Origin: Squalus acanthias
Taxonomy: Eukaryota
DNA length: 64,000 bases
Reading direction: 5' to 3'
Assembly (NCBI GenBank): GCA_030390025.1
Contig: CM059448.1
Span: 36,022,001 to 36,086,000, forward strand
Part shown: piece by piece, positions 24,854 to 39,258 of the stretch
Position numbering within the stretch: the first letter of the stretch is position 1
How the letters are laid out: the number at the start of each line of letters is the position of its first letter
The notes under the pieces: model-generated
The model's input: the letters and a program-made list of their open reading frames with translations, nothing else
Databases searched by the model: none
What the model was told of the DNA's origin: nothing
Program-made: the position numbers and the translations under genes

Positions 24854-26513
24854 CTACATGGGGGGGAAAAAAAAGGGGGAAAAATCACATTAAGAAACTA
24901 TCAGAAAAAAATTCCTGATTCAGAAAATTCTCTAAGGAATGGCATGGAGAAATAAACATTATTTAACGAGAGTTACTGTCTAGGTGGAATGCAGCACTTT
25001 TTGCTTGCAAGCCAGAAAGTTCTGACTGCACAAACTTGCTCAGTCCACACTATCTAACAAAGCTGTAGACAGATGGCCCACTACAATGCTTTTTTAGAAA
25101 AAGCTTACATAACTTGTGTTCTTCAAAGACATTGGAGTTGAAAAGAGCACAGTGGATCTGGTACCTGCTGCTAACAGTAACAGCAGGGACCATACTTGGT
25201 AGTTACCCTGATGGTTCAGCACACATTTGCCTTGATAAGACAGCAACATTTCCTTTAACCGGTGAGAGTTCTGGAGGATAGCACCATCTAAATCGAATCA
25301 CTGCATAAAAGAGTTTATTTTTAAAATCACTTGTTCCTACATTAGAATTTGGAACGGTCTTGTGGTCAATGTTCAAATCAGATTTTGAAGTAGTCAGCAG
25401 TGGAAAGTTATAGAAAAATGGAGTGTTTAGAAACAGATCAAGGCCTTTCAGCCCAGCAAGCCTGTCCCCTTTCAATACATCAACCCCGCCGATCCACCTT
25501 CTCAGCACAACTCCAATCCCTTCTCGTGAACCCATTTATTGCATTAACTTCAATGACATGCCCTGCTGATATATTCTATTATCCTTGGGATGGAAAAGTT
25601 CCAGCCGACTATCCTTTCTTCAAATTTCTTAATCTTGCTGTTGCTCTCTCCTGAATTGTCTGCCTTGCTGGGGTACAGCTCCACAACTGCCAGTTACCTT
25701 TCTATACCTCAGCCAAGTGGGTACTCTTCATTTCTGAATGGTGACAGTAAATGATGGCTCAAAGACACACACTTCCAGCAGGGATTGCTGGACAATGATC
25801 AGGAACACAAACCATTGCCAATTCTGCCCCCTCCTCGCCAATAGTAGCATCCTTACAACCATCCTAGTCGATTTAACGTGTTCCCTGGTATTAGAACCCT
25901 TCACCATAGTGAACAATTTGCCTGGATCTATTTTGTCAATTCTCTTCTTCATCATGAAAACTTCAGAGATCCTCAAATACTCCTCGGTTCCAAAGAGAGC
26001 AAGCCCAACTTCTTTAATTGTCCCTTATAGCTTAAATTCCTGACACAAAATGGATTAATCGCCACTGTACCCTATCACGAGAAATAATATTCTGTCTCTG
26101 ATGAGAGCAAGGTCACACAACAGTGCAGTTATTTTAACCAACTATAGAAAATATTCTACACAAAGGGCAATCAGAAAGTGAAATTCTCTGCCACAAATCA
26201 TGGTTGAAGAAGGACTCCATAAATTATTTTAAAAGGGAATTAAATAATTGCTTGAAAAAGAGGAATATTAAAGTGACTGAGCAGGAGAATGTAATTAGAC
26301 TAGGCGGCTCACAGAGAAAGACACGACAGACCCAAACGGCCAGTTTTTGGGCTGCAACAATCTATGGCTTAGGATACAAGAAGCATTTTTGTATTAACAA
26401 GTATTAAAATGTGTGTTAAGCAGATCAATACGAAGCTGTGGCTGAAATGTTGCATTCTGATTGGAACTATGTCAACTGAAAAGTCACGTTATGGAAAAAA
26501 ATACAACTCGGAA

Positions 26514-26573
26514 TTCAGTCAGAAGAAATCGATCAGTACTTTCAGTCAGAAGTAATCGATCAGTACTTTCAGT
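26514..26573. repeat. 27-bp tandem duplication (ttcagtcagaagWaatcgatcagtact x2)
   Basis: Directly visible. Confidence 0.85.
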
Positions 26574-27978
26574 GATCCCTCCAAGAATCAGTTCCATAAC
26601 ACCCCAGATATTCAGTGTATCTGGTTCACGGTTACACAGCCAATAACCATTTAAAAAAATTAAACACTTCACCCTAAGGTGGTGCGCATTCAGTTTGAAC
26701 CGTGTACTTTCACTTCAGGGACCAGAGTTCTAATCCATATTTGATCAGATCGGATAAACATGTCTTCTCTCTGACTATTGGAAGGATCAGAAATGAAATC
26801 AGTTTTCAGAGTCTTAACCTATTTCCTGGTAGACGCAAGTCAACAACATCAACTGCGAATTAAGAGCTGAATTATGGGCAATCTCCAGCACAGAGACCTC
26901 AAATGATGTGTTGGAAAAGTAGGAGCAAATGCAACAAGATAGGATGGGATGGGATTAAAAACTCAAATTTTCTTTAAGATTTTGGAATTCTTGGAAAGAC
27001 AGGGTTTTCTGTGGTTTGAAACACTGACAGCCAGAAACAGACAGAATAATAATTAAATGGCCAAGAAAGCCATAAAAAGACTCTTTGCTTCCTTGTTTAC
27101 AGCATGTACAAGATAAACCTCTGAAGTAAGAGCTGACAATGCAGGGTCCTGCTTGAGGTAGAGTATCAGCACCAAGTTCTTTGATCATCAAAGGCTGGAG
27201 GTTTTAATAAGTGGGATTGAAAAGGAAACATTCTAATCTTGGTGAAATAATTATTTGATAAGCCACATCCTTTACATAGCTTTGATGTTCAGGTGCAAGA
27301 AGATTTGTAATCCCAGTTTGGCAGACTAAGAAAGAGACTGAGAAATATTGGGAAAATACCCGGGAAGAGAAGCAGACTATTTCAGAAACAAAGAAATTTG
27401 TGCGAGAGAAGAAGCAAGCAAAGTTAAAGGAATTCCAATTAGAGGTCTGGCAATATTGCCATCAGTTAATTCAATAACATAAGTTGCCAAAGTATGAGAA
27501 ACACTGGGATAGATCTTACGAAACAGCACTCCTGGCACAGCACTTGGCACAACTTGCAGCTTGCTCTTAAAACCTGTGGTGTTTGTAGGGATAGGTTTTG
27601 TTTAATCTCGCATCAAAATGTTTAGTAGCAGAGGGAGCAGCAGGAAGAGCCCAAATGTTTCTGGATGCTAACCCAGCAGGACTAACTGAGCAGGTGCGGC
27701 TCAGGAGGACTGAAATATTTAGAACAAGGCTTCGGGTCTCACAGAAGTGTAGCCCAAAATGCCGAGCGGGAGGCGCAATACATGCCAACTCTGTGGTAGG
27801 TCCAAGAACCACTACATTGTCTTAAACGTGATGAGTGAAGCATAGTCTCGCGCACAACCAATAGGAAGGCTAATTGTAATATGAGAACAAGCAGTGCAAG
27901 TACTACTCAAAGCAGCACACACTCTTGCATTTTTATGCTGGAAACATACTCAGCATCCGGAATACCCGTTGAGAGTAA

Positions 27979-28268
27979 GGGCGCGATCTTGCCAGCCCTG
28001 GGGAGGCGGGTATGGAGGCAGGACTGCCGGGAAAATGGCAGAATCTGGGGGCGGGTGCCCAACCCGCCTCCGTGCCCTCTTGCCAGGAGGCGGGTAGCCG
28101 ACTCGCGCCGGCTCCCATCTCCTTGGCGGCGGGAAGGGGATAAGTGCCACTTAACAGGTCAATCAAGGGAAAATAGCGTGGGTTGGCCAAAGGTTGATGG
28201 AGGCGGGACTGAAACCCGACAAGTGGGAGTCCCGCCTCCAAAATCTCCCCATTGGCAAAATCCAGCCC
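27979..28268. mobile_element. Harbinger-like MITE (290 bp), short relative of 18701-19516 in the opposite orientation
   Basis: TIRs gggcgcgatcttgcc / ggcaaaatccagccc; both ends align to the ends of the longer element; TSD not matched. Confidence 0.8.
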
Positions 28269-29807
28269 TGTGTGTCCAAGAACGTAAAGAAGTGTAGACT
28301 TCTCTTAAAGCAGCATTCCTTGTTTTCAAATGGAATCCAGTCCTGAATTTTTTAAAATGGCATTATTTTTTTTATATAAGACAAGTGTTTGGGCAGCACA
28401 AATGCAACAAATCGGTGTTACCAATTTCCACCCCTAAATTCCTCCCTCAACACTCACTTGACTCCATCACTGCTGGTCTAAAGCAGTGAAAAATCTTCCC
28501 ACATATATTAATCCCTAGACATATAGAACGGTAAATTCCAAGGTATTTCCTACATTAAGATTGTGGGCATTGTAACAGAATTTTCCAGCTAAGCATTTCT
28601 ACTTTAACACGTACTCGGGCCTGTAATTTAAATTTCCAATTTCAATGGGGGCTCGGGTCGAAGACACATTAACACTTCCTATGGATGACAGGTGTGAAAA
28701 TGTTCCACTCCCAGCACGGATACCTCAACGAATACAGAACTCCTATCTCCACTAACTGTTCAACAGAATTTCTATCCTTTTTTTCTATGAATCTTTGTTC
28801 AAATGTATCCTAACATCATGTTCAGCTGAACTGTTTTCTACGCGTTACTGGGTATGAAATGGTGAGAACAGCACCAGAAACAGAGTCATTAACCCAGGAC
28901 ACTTTTACTGATCATTTCGACTGGGTGCGTTAAATCGGTTGTGACCTCGAAACAACCTGTACTTGCTGCCCCAATGAACAAGTGGATAAATGGACCTCGT
29001 GATGCTAAGTTAAGCAGACCATGATGTTGCAGACTTGATCCTCCATGTTACAAGTCAGGTGACCTCAGCCAGGGCAGGCGTCGAGGGTGCTACAACTGGT
29101 CTTGGTGGCACTGGGGACCCCCTTCCTGACTGCTAGCTAGTCACTCTTGCTGGAAGAGTGTGTGCGTGTGTGTTGAGGGGCGAGGACAGGATCAGGCTTG
29201 CCTGTGATGGCCCCTTGCCGTCATACAGCCTGTCTGGGATCACATATGACCACTTGGATGAGGCCCCATAGGCTTCCTAATGTCTGTGGAACCATACCAC
29301 AGCAACAGTCAACCACGTAAAGGAGAAGTGGAAGGGAAAATGTATGGCAACAAAATATCTTATATTTAACACAGTGAATCAGAGGGGAGAGGGGGAATCT
29401 GAGGCAGAGGGGGAGAGAGAAAGGGAATCGGAGGGAATCGGATGGGGAGAGAGAATCGGACGTCAGGAACTCGGGGAGGGTAGAGAGTACAGAGAGCACA
29501 GTGTGATGGGGGAAGACTGTGATCCAGGTCTAAAGGGGGGGGGGGGGTGGGTGAGAGCGAGAACGTGATCCAGAGACGCTAATCATGTTCATGATCATGT
29601 TCTTCCAACCCCACCCCCTTTACACCAGGACCACGCTGTCCCCCTCCTCCCCCTAGACCTGGCTGATTGCTCGGAAAGCTCGGTGCCCGAGTGGAAAATG
29701 ACATAATTGGACTGGACGAAATCCGGAAGTTACAACACGGTCACTATTCACTTCATACCCAATATACCTGTTAACAATCCATGGCCCACGCACAAAGCCT
29801 CATCAAT

Positions 29808-30186
29808 TGGGGGGGGGGGGGTCAGGATCTTGTTGTGGGGAGAAGGTCATGAATCCATGGGGGGGGAAATTGGGCAGGGGGAGAAGGTCAGGAAGCCGGG
29901 GGGGGACGGGGGGACCAAGGTCAGGAAATCGAGCCAGGATTTGGGGGGGTGGGGGGGGGGGGGGGGGAGGAGGAGGTGTGAGGTCAGAAACTTGGGCCGG
30001 GTTTTGGCAGGGGGTGGGGGAAGGAGAGAGAAGAGAGAAAAGGTCAGGCACTTGGGTAGGGGGAGAAGGTCAGGAGATTGGGCAGGCGGAGGAGGTCAGG
30101 CACTTGGACAGGGGTGGGGGAGGTGGTCAGGAATTTGGGAGGGGGGTGGGGGGCAGGAACTTGTTTCGGGGTGGGAGAAGGTCTTA
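29808..30186. repeat. Degenerate G-rich repeat with recurring (A)GGTCAGG units
   Basis: About 10 loosely spaced units of aggtcagg(a/c)..ttggg separated by G runs. Confidence 0.75.
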
Positions 30187-30614
30187 ACCCATGAGGGTGA
30201 GTGTTGTCTGATTCAAGTGAGCTCTGTTCTGTCTGGAGTAGGCAGTCAGAATGGCTCGAATTACACTTTGCAAAGTAACTGATTATGTACTGATTATGTA
30301 GACAGGGAGGATCTAATTACACATTCCAGAGAAACTGCTGCGTGTGTCTTGTCCTCCAAGGGGACCAATCAGAGCTTTTGGTGTTGCGAATAAACACATC
30401 CTAAAGCCCTTGCCCATGGTGGAGGGCAAAAGTTAACACTACATGATGTCTCAGGTGATGCAGGCTATGCTCAATCAGCTCTGGGGACCAAGCTCCTCTT
30501 TGGGATTACTACTCCAGGAAGTTGCACCTTGAAGATAATTTTATCTCTGCCTCGGACAATGGATGGAAAGAACCCTAACGAAAGTAAGGAAATAAAGCCA
30601 GAGAGGTTACTTAC

Positions 30615-30695
30615 TTTACTGTGGAATTCCATCTTTGTTATTAATAGTTTGAGGTAGATGCAGCTCAGTCTCCCATAACCTTCACTTAAGTGACC
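30615..30695 (-). CDS. HIP1: HIP1 exon 5 (GHLSEGYGRLSCIYLKLLITKMEFHSK)
   Basis: 81 nt; ttccttcccccaaag| acceptor, |gtaagt donor. Confidence 0.95.
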
Positions 30696-33084
30696 CTTTG
30701 GGGGAAGGAAAATAAAAACACAAATTACAATCTTAAGCAAATGTTTCGAGCCGTCCAAATAAATGTTGTTACAATCTGAATGCTGGTATAGTGTAGAAGC
30801 TGCATCTCAAAAGGTTATTAGTACTTTCATTGGTTCAGTAAAAGATCCCAGGATTCATGAGTTAGCTGATCACAGCCAGGCCAGTTGAGGTGCTACAATT
30901 GTCCTCAGTACCCCTCTGCTGGAAGGGATGGGCAGCGGGAAATCAGCAAGCTTTTTTGTTCCTGATTGCAATACAGTAATGCCTGCGAGAAGTTGGATGT
31001 GTGTAAACATCAGGTGAGGACAGGATCGGTCTCGGCTATAATGCTGCGATGGGTGAATAGCCTAACAATTTGGCCTAGGTTTTTTTGCATACTGCAACAC
31101 CAACCCATTCATTTTAATGGGCGACCATTGGCATTACAATCAGAAACCTAGGCTTTTGTCTCTCAGGTCGCATATTAAGAATGGTCACTCAGGCAAGGGT
31201 CTGGATGGGTGCTGGCACTCACGAAAGCAAACTCCAGCAAGAGTCAACACCCTAAAGAGAGAAAGATGTGAAAATTTAGACAATACTGGAAAGGCTTCCC
31301 AGATACTTGCAGCTGCTCTGAAGTCACAAATAATGCAAGAGAGAATTACAATGGAGGGCACAATTAGTTTGCACTAGCTACTAATGAAACATTAGCCCTG
31401 CAGAAATTCCAGACAAGGTAATCCTATCCAGCTCCTATTCAGAAGGACAATGATGTTATTGCCTTCAGCTGAAGACAACACCAGCAGCTCAATATGGTGA
31501 AGGGACGACATAAAGGGTTGCAACAAACAGTCTGCGCTCCTCCAATTCTGGCATCTTGCGCATGTCCAATTTCCTTCGCTCCACCATTGCCGGCTGTGCT
31601 TTCAGCTGCCTAGGCCCCAAGCCCGGTTATTCCCTCCCTATCCTCCTTTAAGCCCATCACCTGTCCCAGTATCTCCTTGTGTGACTGTCAAATTTTGATT
31701 TGATAACGCTCTTCCTTGGGACGTTTTACTACACTAAAGATGTTCTATAAATGTAAGTTGTTGTTGAAAAATATTAACTTTTTTTTATGATGATAGACTG
31801 CTATGTATTTCCTGCATTTTTTATTTTTACTTCAGATTTCCAGAATCTGCAATATTCCTTTTTATCTCAATGCTGTGTTATTAGCAGACAGAAGTGCTAT
31901 GTTGTCACAGAGAAAGACTCAAGCTTTCAGTGAAGAGAACAAACAGCAAAAGAAGCCATTATTATTTAGATCTGCAGTTTCTAACCTAGCATTATTTCTG
32001 ACTTCACAAAAACAGTTCAAACCTCATAACTTAATGCTATTTCACTTGTATCATTGGCACACTTAAAAGAAGATTACAAGCTTGTAAGGATCAGACGTTA
32101 AACTCAGGACCTTTGCATAGTTATGTCAAATCTATGAGCACACATCAGGCTTCAAATCCTGGAAAGCCATTTTTGAATCTTAATCTAGATATCCAACTGT
32201 ATTAACTTATTAAAAATGTTGTGTCAACATTCAGGCTTCTCAATCCAGATGTCTCAAGTTGTCTGATGCAAATTCCTGCCTCACACTTATTATCATAGCC
32301 ATAATATCTACAGCCCCACCCTTCACCCCACCATTGGTTGTCGTGCTTTCAGCTGTCTAGGTTACACACTTCAATGTTCCCTCCCTAAACCTCTCTGTCT
32401 CTCTAGCTCCTTCTCCTTCAACACCCTCATCAAAAACCACGTCTTTGACCAAGCTTTTAGTCGCCCCTGCTAATATCGCCTCCTTTGGTGTCCATTTTTC
32501 TCTCATTACACTGCTATGAAGCACTCAGATCAGTGCATGCAACAAGAATTATTACAACATAACAAGCACACAACACATTAGATAATGCTGGACAAATACT
32601 AAACTGATCCACAGAATCAGTTATTTCACATTAGAATTACCAGCACAAAACCTGGGGTTTGAATTACAAATTTCACTTGGGCCTGTGTGGTAGGAACTTT
32701 AAGTTGATGTGTGAGAGAGAGAGAGAGAGAGAGAGAGTAAAATAGTTTTCATGCTGTACCTGTGGAACTACATTATCCAGAGTACACCATGACCACTCAA
32801 ATCACATGGTAACCAGGCAAAAAGGACCAGGAAATTCTAGCTCCTGTGGACAAATTGCGAGAGGGGGAGCAGAAGGAAGAAAGACCAATAGACATCACGG
32901 GAGTTGTAGATTTCACCCTGCTCCTGAGAGGCCGACAATCCCCAGAATATACTGGGACAACCAGACCGAATACTTACAAACAATGGGAGTTGTCATGATG
33001 TGACGTGTGATCATTTTTTTTTTCAGCGTTTTAAACAGTTTGGGTTGCTGAGAGGGGACTGATGTTTGTACCAGGGCCAGAGGA

Positions 33085-33380
33085 CCAGGGGAGTCCAGAA
33101 TAAGGGGGCGTAACCTTAAAATTAGAGCTAGGCCATTCAGGGGTGATGCCAGAAAGTACTTCTTCACACAGTAGTGGAAATCTGGAACTCTCGCCACCCA
33201 AAAAGCTATTGAGGCCGGAGTCAATTGCAAATTTCAAAACGGAGATTGATAGAGTTGTTAGTCAAGGGTATTAAGGGTTACAGAACCAAGGCAGTGAAAT
33301 AGTGTTGAGATGCAGATGAACCACAATCTAATTGAATGGAAGAACAGACTCGAGGGGCTGAATGGCCTACTCCTGTTCCA
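33085..33380 (+). mobile_element. CR1 LINE 3' end
   Basis: gagtccagaataaggggg..cttcttcacaca..gaggggctgaatggcctactcctgttcc. Confidence 0.85.
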
Positions 33381-36149
33381 GGAGGAATGTTTATGAGGTA
33401 CTTGGATGCTGACTTCAGTCACTGCAGCCTGAGGCAGCCAGGCCCAGACTATGTTCAGGTGCTGGTCACTTGGGAGTCTCAACAGTGGCAATAACCTCCT
33501 TAGGCAGTGCTACACCAAAAGCTTCACTACACATCTACTGTGAGAAGCAAGGAGGGAGGAAGTTTCTTTTATAATCATGAAAATAACTGAAAGGGAAGGA
33601 GGAAGAAAATAAAGTACTTGCATCTTAAGTAAATATTGCAAATCCACCGTGGAGGTAGAGCAAAAAAAAATTATAATGTAAATCACTGTGAATACGAGGT
33701 TTAGGGCGGGAAAACAAAATTACTTACATCTTCGGCAAGTTGCCTTTTTTTTTAAAAAAGTGGTCAGTAAATAGCATTATAAGGTGTGTAATACTTGTAC
33801 CTCAGATTGGTCAGGTGATATATCGCTTGAGTAAATTTACTGCGTTAAAGCAACAAGTGAACCGTGCCACGTTTAGGCGGAAGAACTGCAGAAAACATCA
33901 AACAGCACACTCCAGGTCCCAGACCGCCCATGAGCAATGACACAAGATCTACTGTATATATCATCTCTGTTGCAGATACTTTTTAGTCCAATTTTTCCAC
34001 CCTTCTGTTCTGAAGGCACTGATTATTGCTATTGTCTAGTTCTATGGGCTACGGCAGCTTTCTCGCACTTCATCCAAGCAGCTATTAGAATGGTTACAGC
34101 ACAGGAGGCCGCCATTCGGCCCGTCGAGCCCATGTCGACTCTCTGCAAGAGCACTTCAGCTAGTCCCACTCCCCCGCCCTTTCCCTGTAGCCTTGCAATT
34201 TTTTTTCCTTCAGGTACTTATCAAATTCTTCATGTGTGAGGCTAGACAGCGAGTGTCAGCAGGTTTTCAACTGTGGATTACATGACAGTCAAACCCAAAC
34301 CTGGATTCAATCCATGCCCACACAAATGGAGTTTCCAGCTAGAGTCACTGGGCAGCGATCAGGAGTAGGAACCCTGACTGAATCGCCCAGAACATCAAGG
34401 CCAACAGTCGCATTCCTACTGTTGCCCCAGCACAAAATATAACTGAAACTGGGACCTTATGGTCTGTGTAGCACCGTACCAGACCAGGCTGTGCCTAAGT
34501 CATCAGAGGGGCCATAGAATCATGCAGCACAGAAGGAGGCCATTCGGCCCATCGTGCCCGCGCCAGCTCTCTGAACAAACTATCCAATTAGTCCCCACTC
34601 CCCCGGCTTTTTTGCCAATTATCTTAAATCTGTGTCCTATGGTTACCGACACTCCTGCCAGTGGAAAGATTCTCCCTATCTACTCTATCAAAACCCCTCA
34701 ATTTTGAGCACCTCGATTAAACCTCCCCTTGACCCTCTTTGTCGTAAGGAGAATATTCCCAGCTTTGCTAGTCTCGCCACATAACTGAATTCCCTCACCC
34801 CCAGTACCATTCTGGTCAATCTCTGCCACGCACTCTCCGAGCCCTTGACATCCTTTCTAACATGTGGTGTCCAAGAAGATATCGACACTTCTTTATTCAA
34901 AGGACACGAGGGATGCATTTGAACTCCAGGAGTTGGCTTAGAGAAGAGCCACAGGACTGATCCCAGCCATCGGGAGGACTGTCCTATTAAGAAAATCTTG
35001 GGCCAGAAAGGAGGTGACCAAGCTGTGACCTTTTAAACAGCGTTGAAAAGGCAAATCCGAAACACTACTTAAAACTCAGGGTACACAGTTTTAAACAAGT
35101 CAAAGGCAAGCTCAAGGCTGAAGTCGGGAAGTTCTTCACACAAAGTGAACTTCTTCAGAATGGACTTTTGGGTAATCAGTGGAGGCAAAAAATCTGGATC
35201 ATTTCAAGAAAAAGTAAGAGTTGAATGCCACGATGGAGGGATTGTAGGGTTTTTGGACGAATTAACTAAAATGGGTTGAATGTCCTTCCTCATCTGTAGG
35301 TACCTTGTTTACATGAGAGTGTTTAAGCTTCACTATTCAAGTATTTAACATTTAACCCTGACCTCTGACAGACACAGGCTTGTTTTTCTACTTGCACGGT
35401 AGAATGACTAAACAAAAGCTATTAAGGTAAGAATTTAATACCTTAAAAAAAATTCCCCCAAAAAAATCCAAGACTTAAGGTTGCAAATCTTCATAGAAAT
35501 GCTTAAGGGAGGCACATTTTCCATTCAGTCGAATATTATTTTTGATACAACTCATACCACTTTTAAAAGAATTCTCTAACTGGAGACACAGTTGAGACCA
35601 GCTAGCTCAGCACAGACTGGGGATCAAACCCAGCACCCTCCTGTTCGACATGGCTCAACTACTCAGTGTTAACTGTATTATTTCAGAAAATATTTAGTAT
35701 AGTTGAACTATGGTTAGGGCAACAATGCCTGAATCTAGATGGTTTCAACGCTCTTTCACAGTTACAGACGACTACAAAACTGTCATCCCAGTGTGGTGAA
35801 CTTCATCAAACTACAGGTAAAAGTAGCATAGCTGCACCTCACGAATTAAAAACAGCAGTCCGAGCAGAGTGTGAGATGGACTTTTTTATATTTGAAAACT
35901 GTTGGGTTTTTTTTAAATAAAAAGGAAATATCAAGATCATTTGCAACAGAACCAAAAACCCATCCATGCTACCAGAATAACATGCCCCACTAGCACACTA
36001 AATAATGAATTGTAGGTTTTCTTCCATTCCCTTTTTCTCCTCAAATATGACGTAAGCTGCGATATGGTTCCATGAGTGTCAGCAGCCAGACAGTGGGTGT
36101 TGTGTTATTGGCTGGGGCATTACAGCCAAGACTGACCCCATCCCTCATT

Positions 36150-36365
36150 CAATAGCAAAATACTGCAGATGCTGGAAATCTGAAATACCAACAGAAAATG
36201 CTGGCAACACTCAGCAGGTCAGGCAGCATCCGTGGAGAGAGAAAAACAGAGTTAATGTTTCAGGTCAGACAAAGGGTCATCGACCTGAAACGTTAACTCT
36301 GTTTTTCTCTCTCCACGGATGTTGTCTGACCTGCTGAGTGTTTCCAGCATTTTCTGTTGTTATTT
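36150..36365. mobile_element. Fold-back Penelope-derived short element (85-bp inverted arms)
   Basis: Arms 36182-36266 / 36282-36366; flanking direct repeat cccatccctcatt (36137-36149, 36366-36378); right arm matches the PLE end at ~61390-61485. Confidence 0.85.
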
Positions 36366-38439
36366 CCCATCCCTCATTTGTTGTGATTCGGGGTTTTATA
36401 ATGCCTTTTTCCCCTTTCAACATTTTCGCAGCAATTCCTGTAAGCAGACTGATTATTTATGATCCGAAAATGGTACTTTCCATGTGATCTGTCTTTCCAC
36501 AGGTTATGCGACCCAGAACTAACTGCAGTGAATCACATACTGAAAATTGGGCAGATTCATCCTACATTTTCAGTCATCTTGGTAAACAGAATATCACCTC
36601 ATAGATCAGAACTTCAAGCAGCTAAAATAGCTTCAGTATTTACATTTTGAAATGCACCAGAAACAAGGATGATGATTAGCCACTCGTAGAACAATGCAAT
36701 AATCAGCCATAAACGTTCAGTAATATCCCTTTGAAATCTTCTGAAGAACATTAACAATTCTGCCACACAATGTTTCAGGACAACTGCTGCAGACAAAGCC
36801 TCCCTTTTCCTCTCTGTTGATAGCCAACTCTTTTCTGGTCAGGATTCAGAGATAAATTCCTTCAGTAGCCAAGACCCAACTTTTTAATGCAATTTCCTTG
36901 GATTTTAAAGGATTCTAGCCAAGCTTTGACAACATCAAGAAAATTAGGTTAGGTGATCATCTGAAAGTGACAAGGGTACACGCAGGCAATCTATAACAAG
37001 GCTTGGCATTGTATTTCAAACAAGACAGCCTCTCATTAATAACCATTTAAACACTATCTCTTTCAAACGTTTATATGCATGCTAGTCTGTGATATACTAA
37101 TCCTAGGGTATCAACAGCACACAATACCTTCATGTCTGAATAATCAATAAACAAAAGTACTATCAGGATACAACAATTTGTATTTCGGAACAATGATCCG
37201 AGTCCAGGCTGACATCTTGGCTTTAAAGGCATGAGACAGGATGTCGAGGTGACATGTGACATTGATTTCAAATCTATACAAAACGGATATTGAATTTTCA
37301 TCAAATTACATCCAAATAAATGCTCTATCTGGCAGGAATTACCGATCAACTAGCAATTAAAAACCCATGGTGGTGTGAAAACTATAACGAAGGTCAGGGC
37401 TGCAAACAGAAATGGAACCATCAGCAGCAGACGCGACTTCAACAGTTCTGAGCCAGTACAGCAATCGATATAACAAAGACTACTACCAAGATCTGCAGTA
37501 AGTGATCCAATGACGGTTTCACCGCAGCTGCAGCTTCAACCAAGAGATGTCAACTTTTTTAATCTTGATTTTTAATCATTTCAAAACAAAGTGCCTGCAA
37601 GTCATATTAGAAAGCTTTATCAATTAATTGATTTCTAAGTGTCTTAAGTTCCATGGGCACTGGCAGCCATCCAGTAGCTGGTCCAGGTGGCTATTCTCCA
37701 CGTGTGTTACTTTGATCAGCTCTTGTCAACAAGCTATTCAACCATGAAAGGGGCACCACAGTTGGCTCTGCATGTCCTAACCCAATATTCAGACATGTGC
37801 ACATTCCTGGCCCAATTTTCTCTTTCCTTCCCTATCTAAGAATGCTCAAGGCCAACCAGTGTTCGCATTGGCATCCTGGGTATCCACTGAAGACAGCACA
37901 GACCTAGAACAGTTTCAATTATACAATGCATTTACCCAACAAGCCATTTATTGAAATAAAGTTTCAGATTTAGAGTACGTATTTTAAAGACTTGTATTTA
38001 GTAGTACAGGAGGTTGCCCTTCAACTTCAGCTGTCTAGGCCACAAGCTCTGGAATTCCCTCCCTAAACCTCTCCGCCTCTCTCTACCCTTACAAGTCGCT
38101 CCTTGATACCTACCTCTTTGACCACCTGTCCTAATATCTCCTTATATGGCTCGGTGTCAAATTTTGTCTGATAACATTCCTGTGAAACGCCTATGGATAT
38201 GTGTGTGTGTGTGTATGGACCTGGCGTGCAGGAGAGCCATTTAACAATGAAGCATTTGTGACGATGTCTTAAAGACGCTTACTTTAACTTAGCTGAAAAA
38301 GAGGTGCTGCAAAATTATAATATGAAAGGTTAACCACACAATCATGATGATGATTTAATTAGCAGGTCTGTTCAAGATCAAAGCCCCCTGTTCAGTTCCC
38401 ACCAGAAACTTGGCACCTAAGCGCGATTCCATTCCTCTT

Positions 38440-39100
38440 CACAGCTCCCCACTCAGGCTGAACCCAACAGTCTGCAACCTTGGTGCCCTGCTCAGCTTGG
38501 AGACAAGTTTAAAAACACTCAGACTGCCTCATGTAACACGGTCTATTGTCCATTCCCTACCTCACCCTCATTGCCACTGAAATCCTCATCAACCCTTTGT
38601 CACCTGCAGACTCAACTTCTCCATTGCTCTCCTCGCAGGCTTCCTGAGCTCCATGCCACACAAACTCCACTGATCCAGAATTCGAACAACCACATTCTAT
38701 CCTGTACTGAATCCCACTCACCTATCATGCCCATCTCACTGATCTCAATTAGCTCCAAATGCCCAGACACACAGATTTCAAAATCTTCATCCTCAACAAC
38801 CTCCTGTGGCCCAGTATCCCAGCTCACACTTTCTGCTCTTCTAACTCTGCTCTACTTTTTGTTCTCCCTTCCCTCTGCTCCACCATTGGTAACAAAGTCT
38901 TCACCTATCAGCCCTCTGCACTCTGGACTTCTCTTCCTAAACTCCTACTGTCTTGCCACCGCTCTTCCCCAAACTTCAAACACCTCTTAAAACGTACCTG
39001 CTTGAACACGTCTTCAGTCGCCTCCCTAAATAGGCTCCCAATCCCTGCTGGGTGTCTAATCATTTCTCAATGCTGTCTCCAAGTGCCCATGGCCTTAAAC
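38440..39100 (+). mobile_element. Degraded L2 LINE fragment (smaller L2 pieces also at ~31530-31765, 32330-32520, 38010-38195)
   Basis: Reverse-complement similarity to 11000-11935. Confidence 0.65.
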
Positions 39101-39201
39101 AGTGTTTAAAACAGTTTCCTGTGAATGTTTTGGTGGTAGGCATGGTAAATATGACATGTACACCAAAGGATAGTCACAAACGAGAGCTCCAGGGCACTTA
39201 C

Positions 39202-39258
39202 CCACATTCTGCTCATGTCGCTCAGCTCATTCTTGTATCGCACCGAGTCCTGCAGAAC
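39202..39258 (-). CDS. HIP1: HIP1 exon 4 (VLQDSVRYKNELSDMSRMW)
   Basis: 57 nt; cgcag| acceptor, |gtaagt donor; phase 0/0 fits neighbouring exons. Confidence 0.95.

Noticed and set aside
29707-30282. Gly/Arg-rich and Pro-rich ORFs
   Set aside because: Low-complexity G-rich sequence; no recognisable protein
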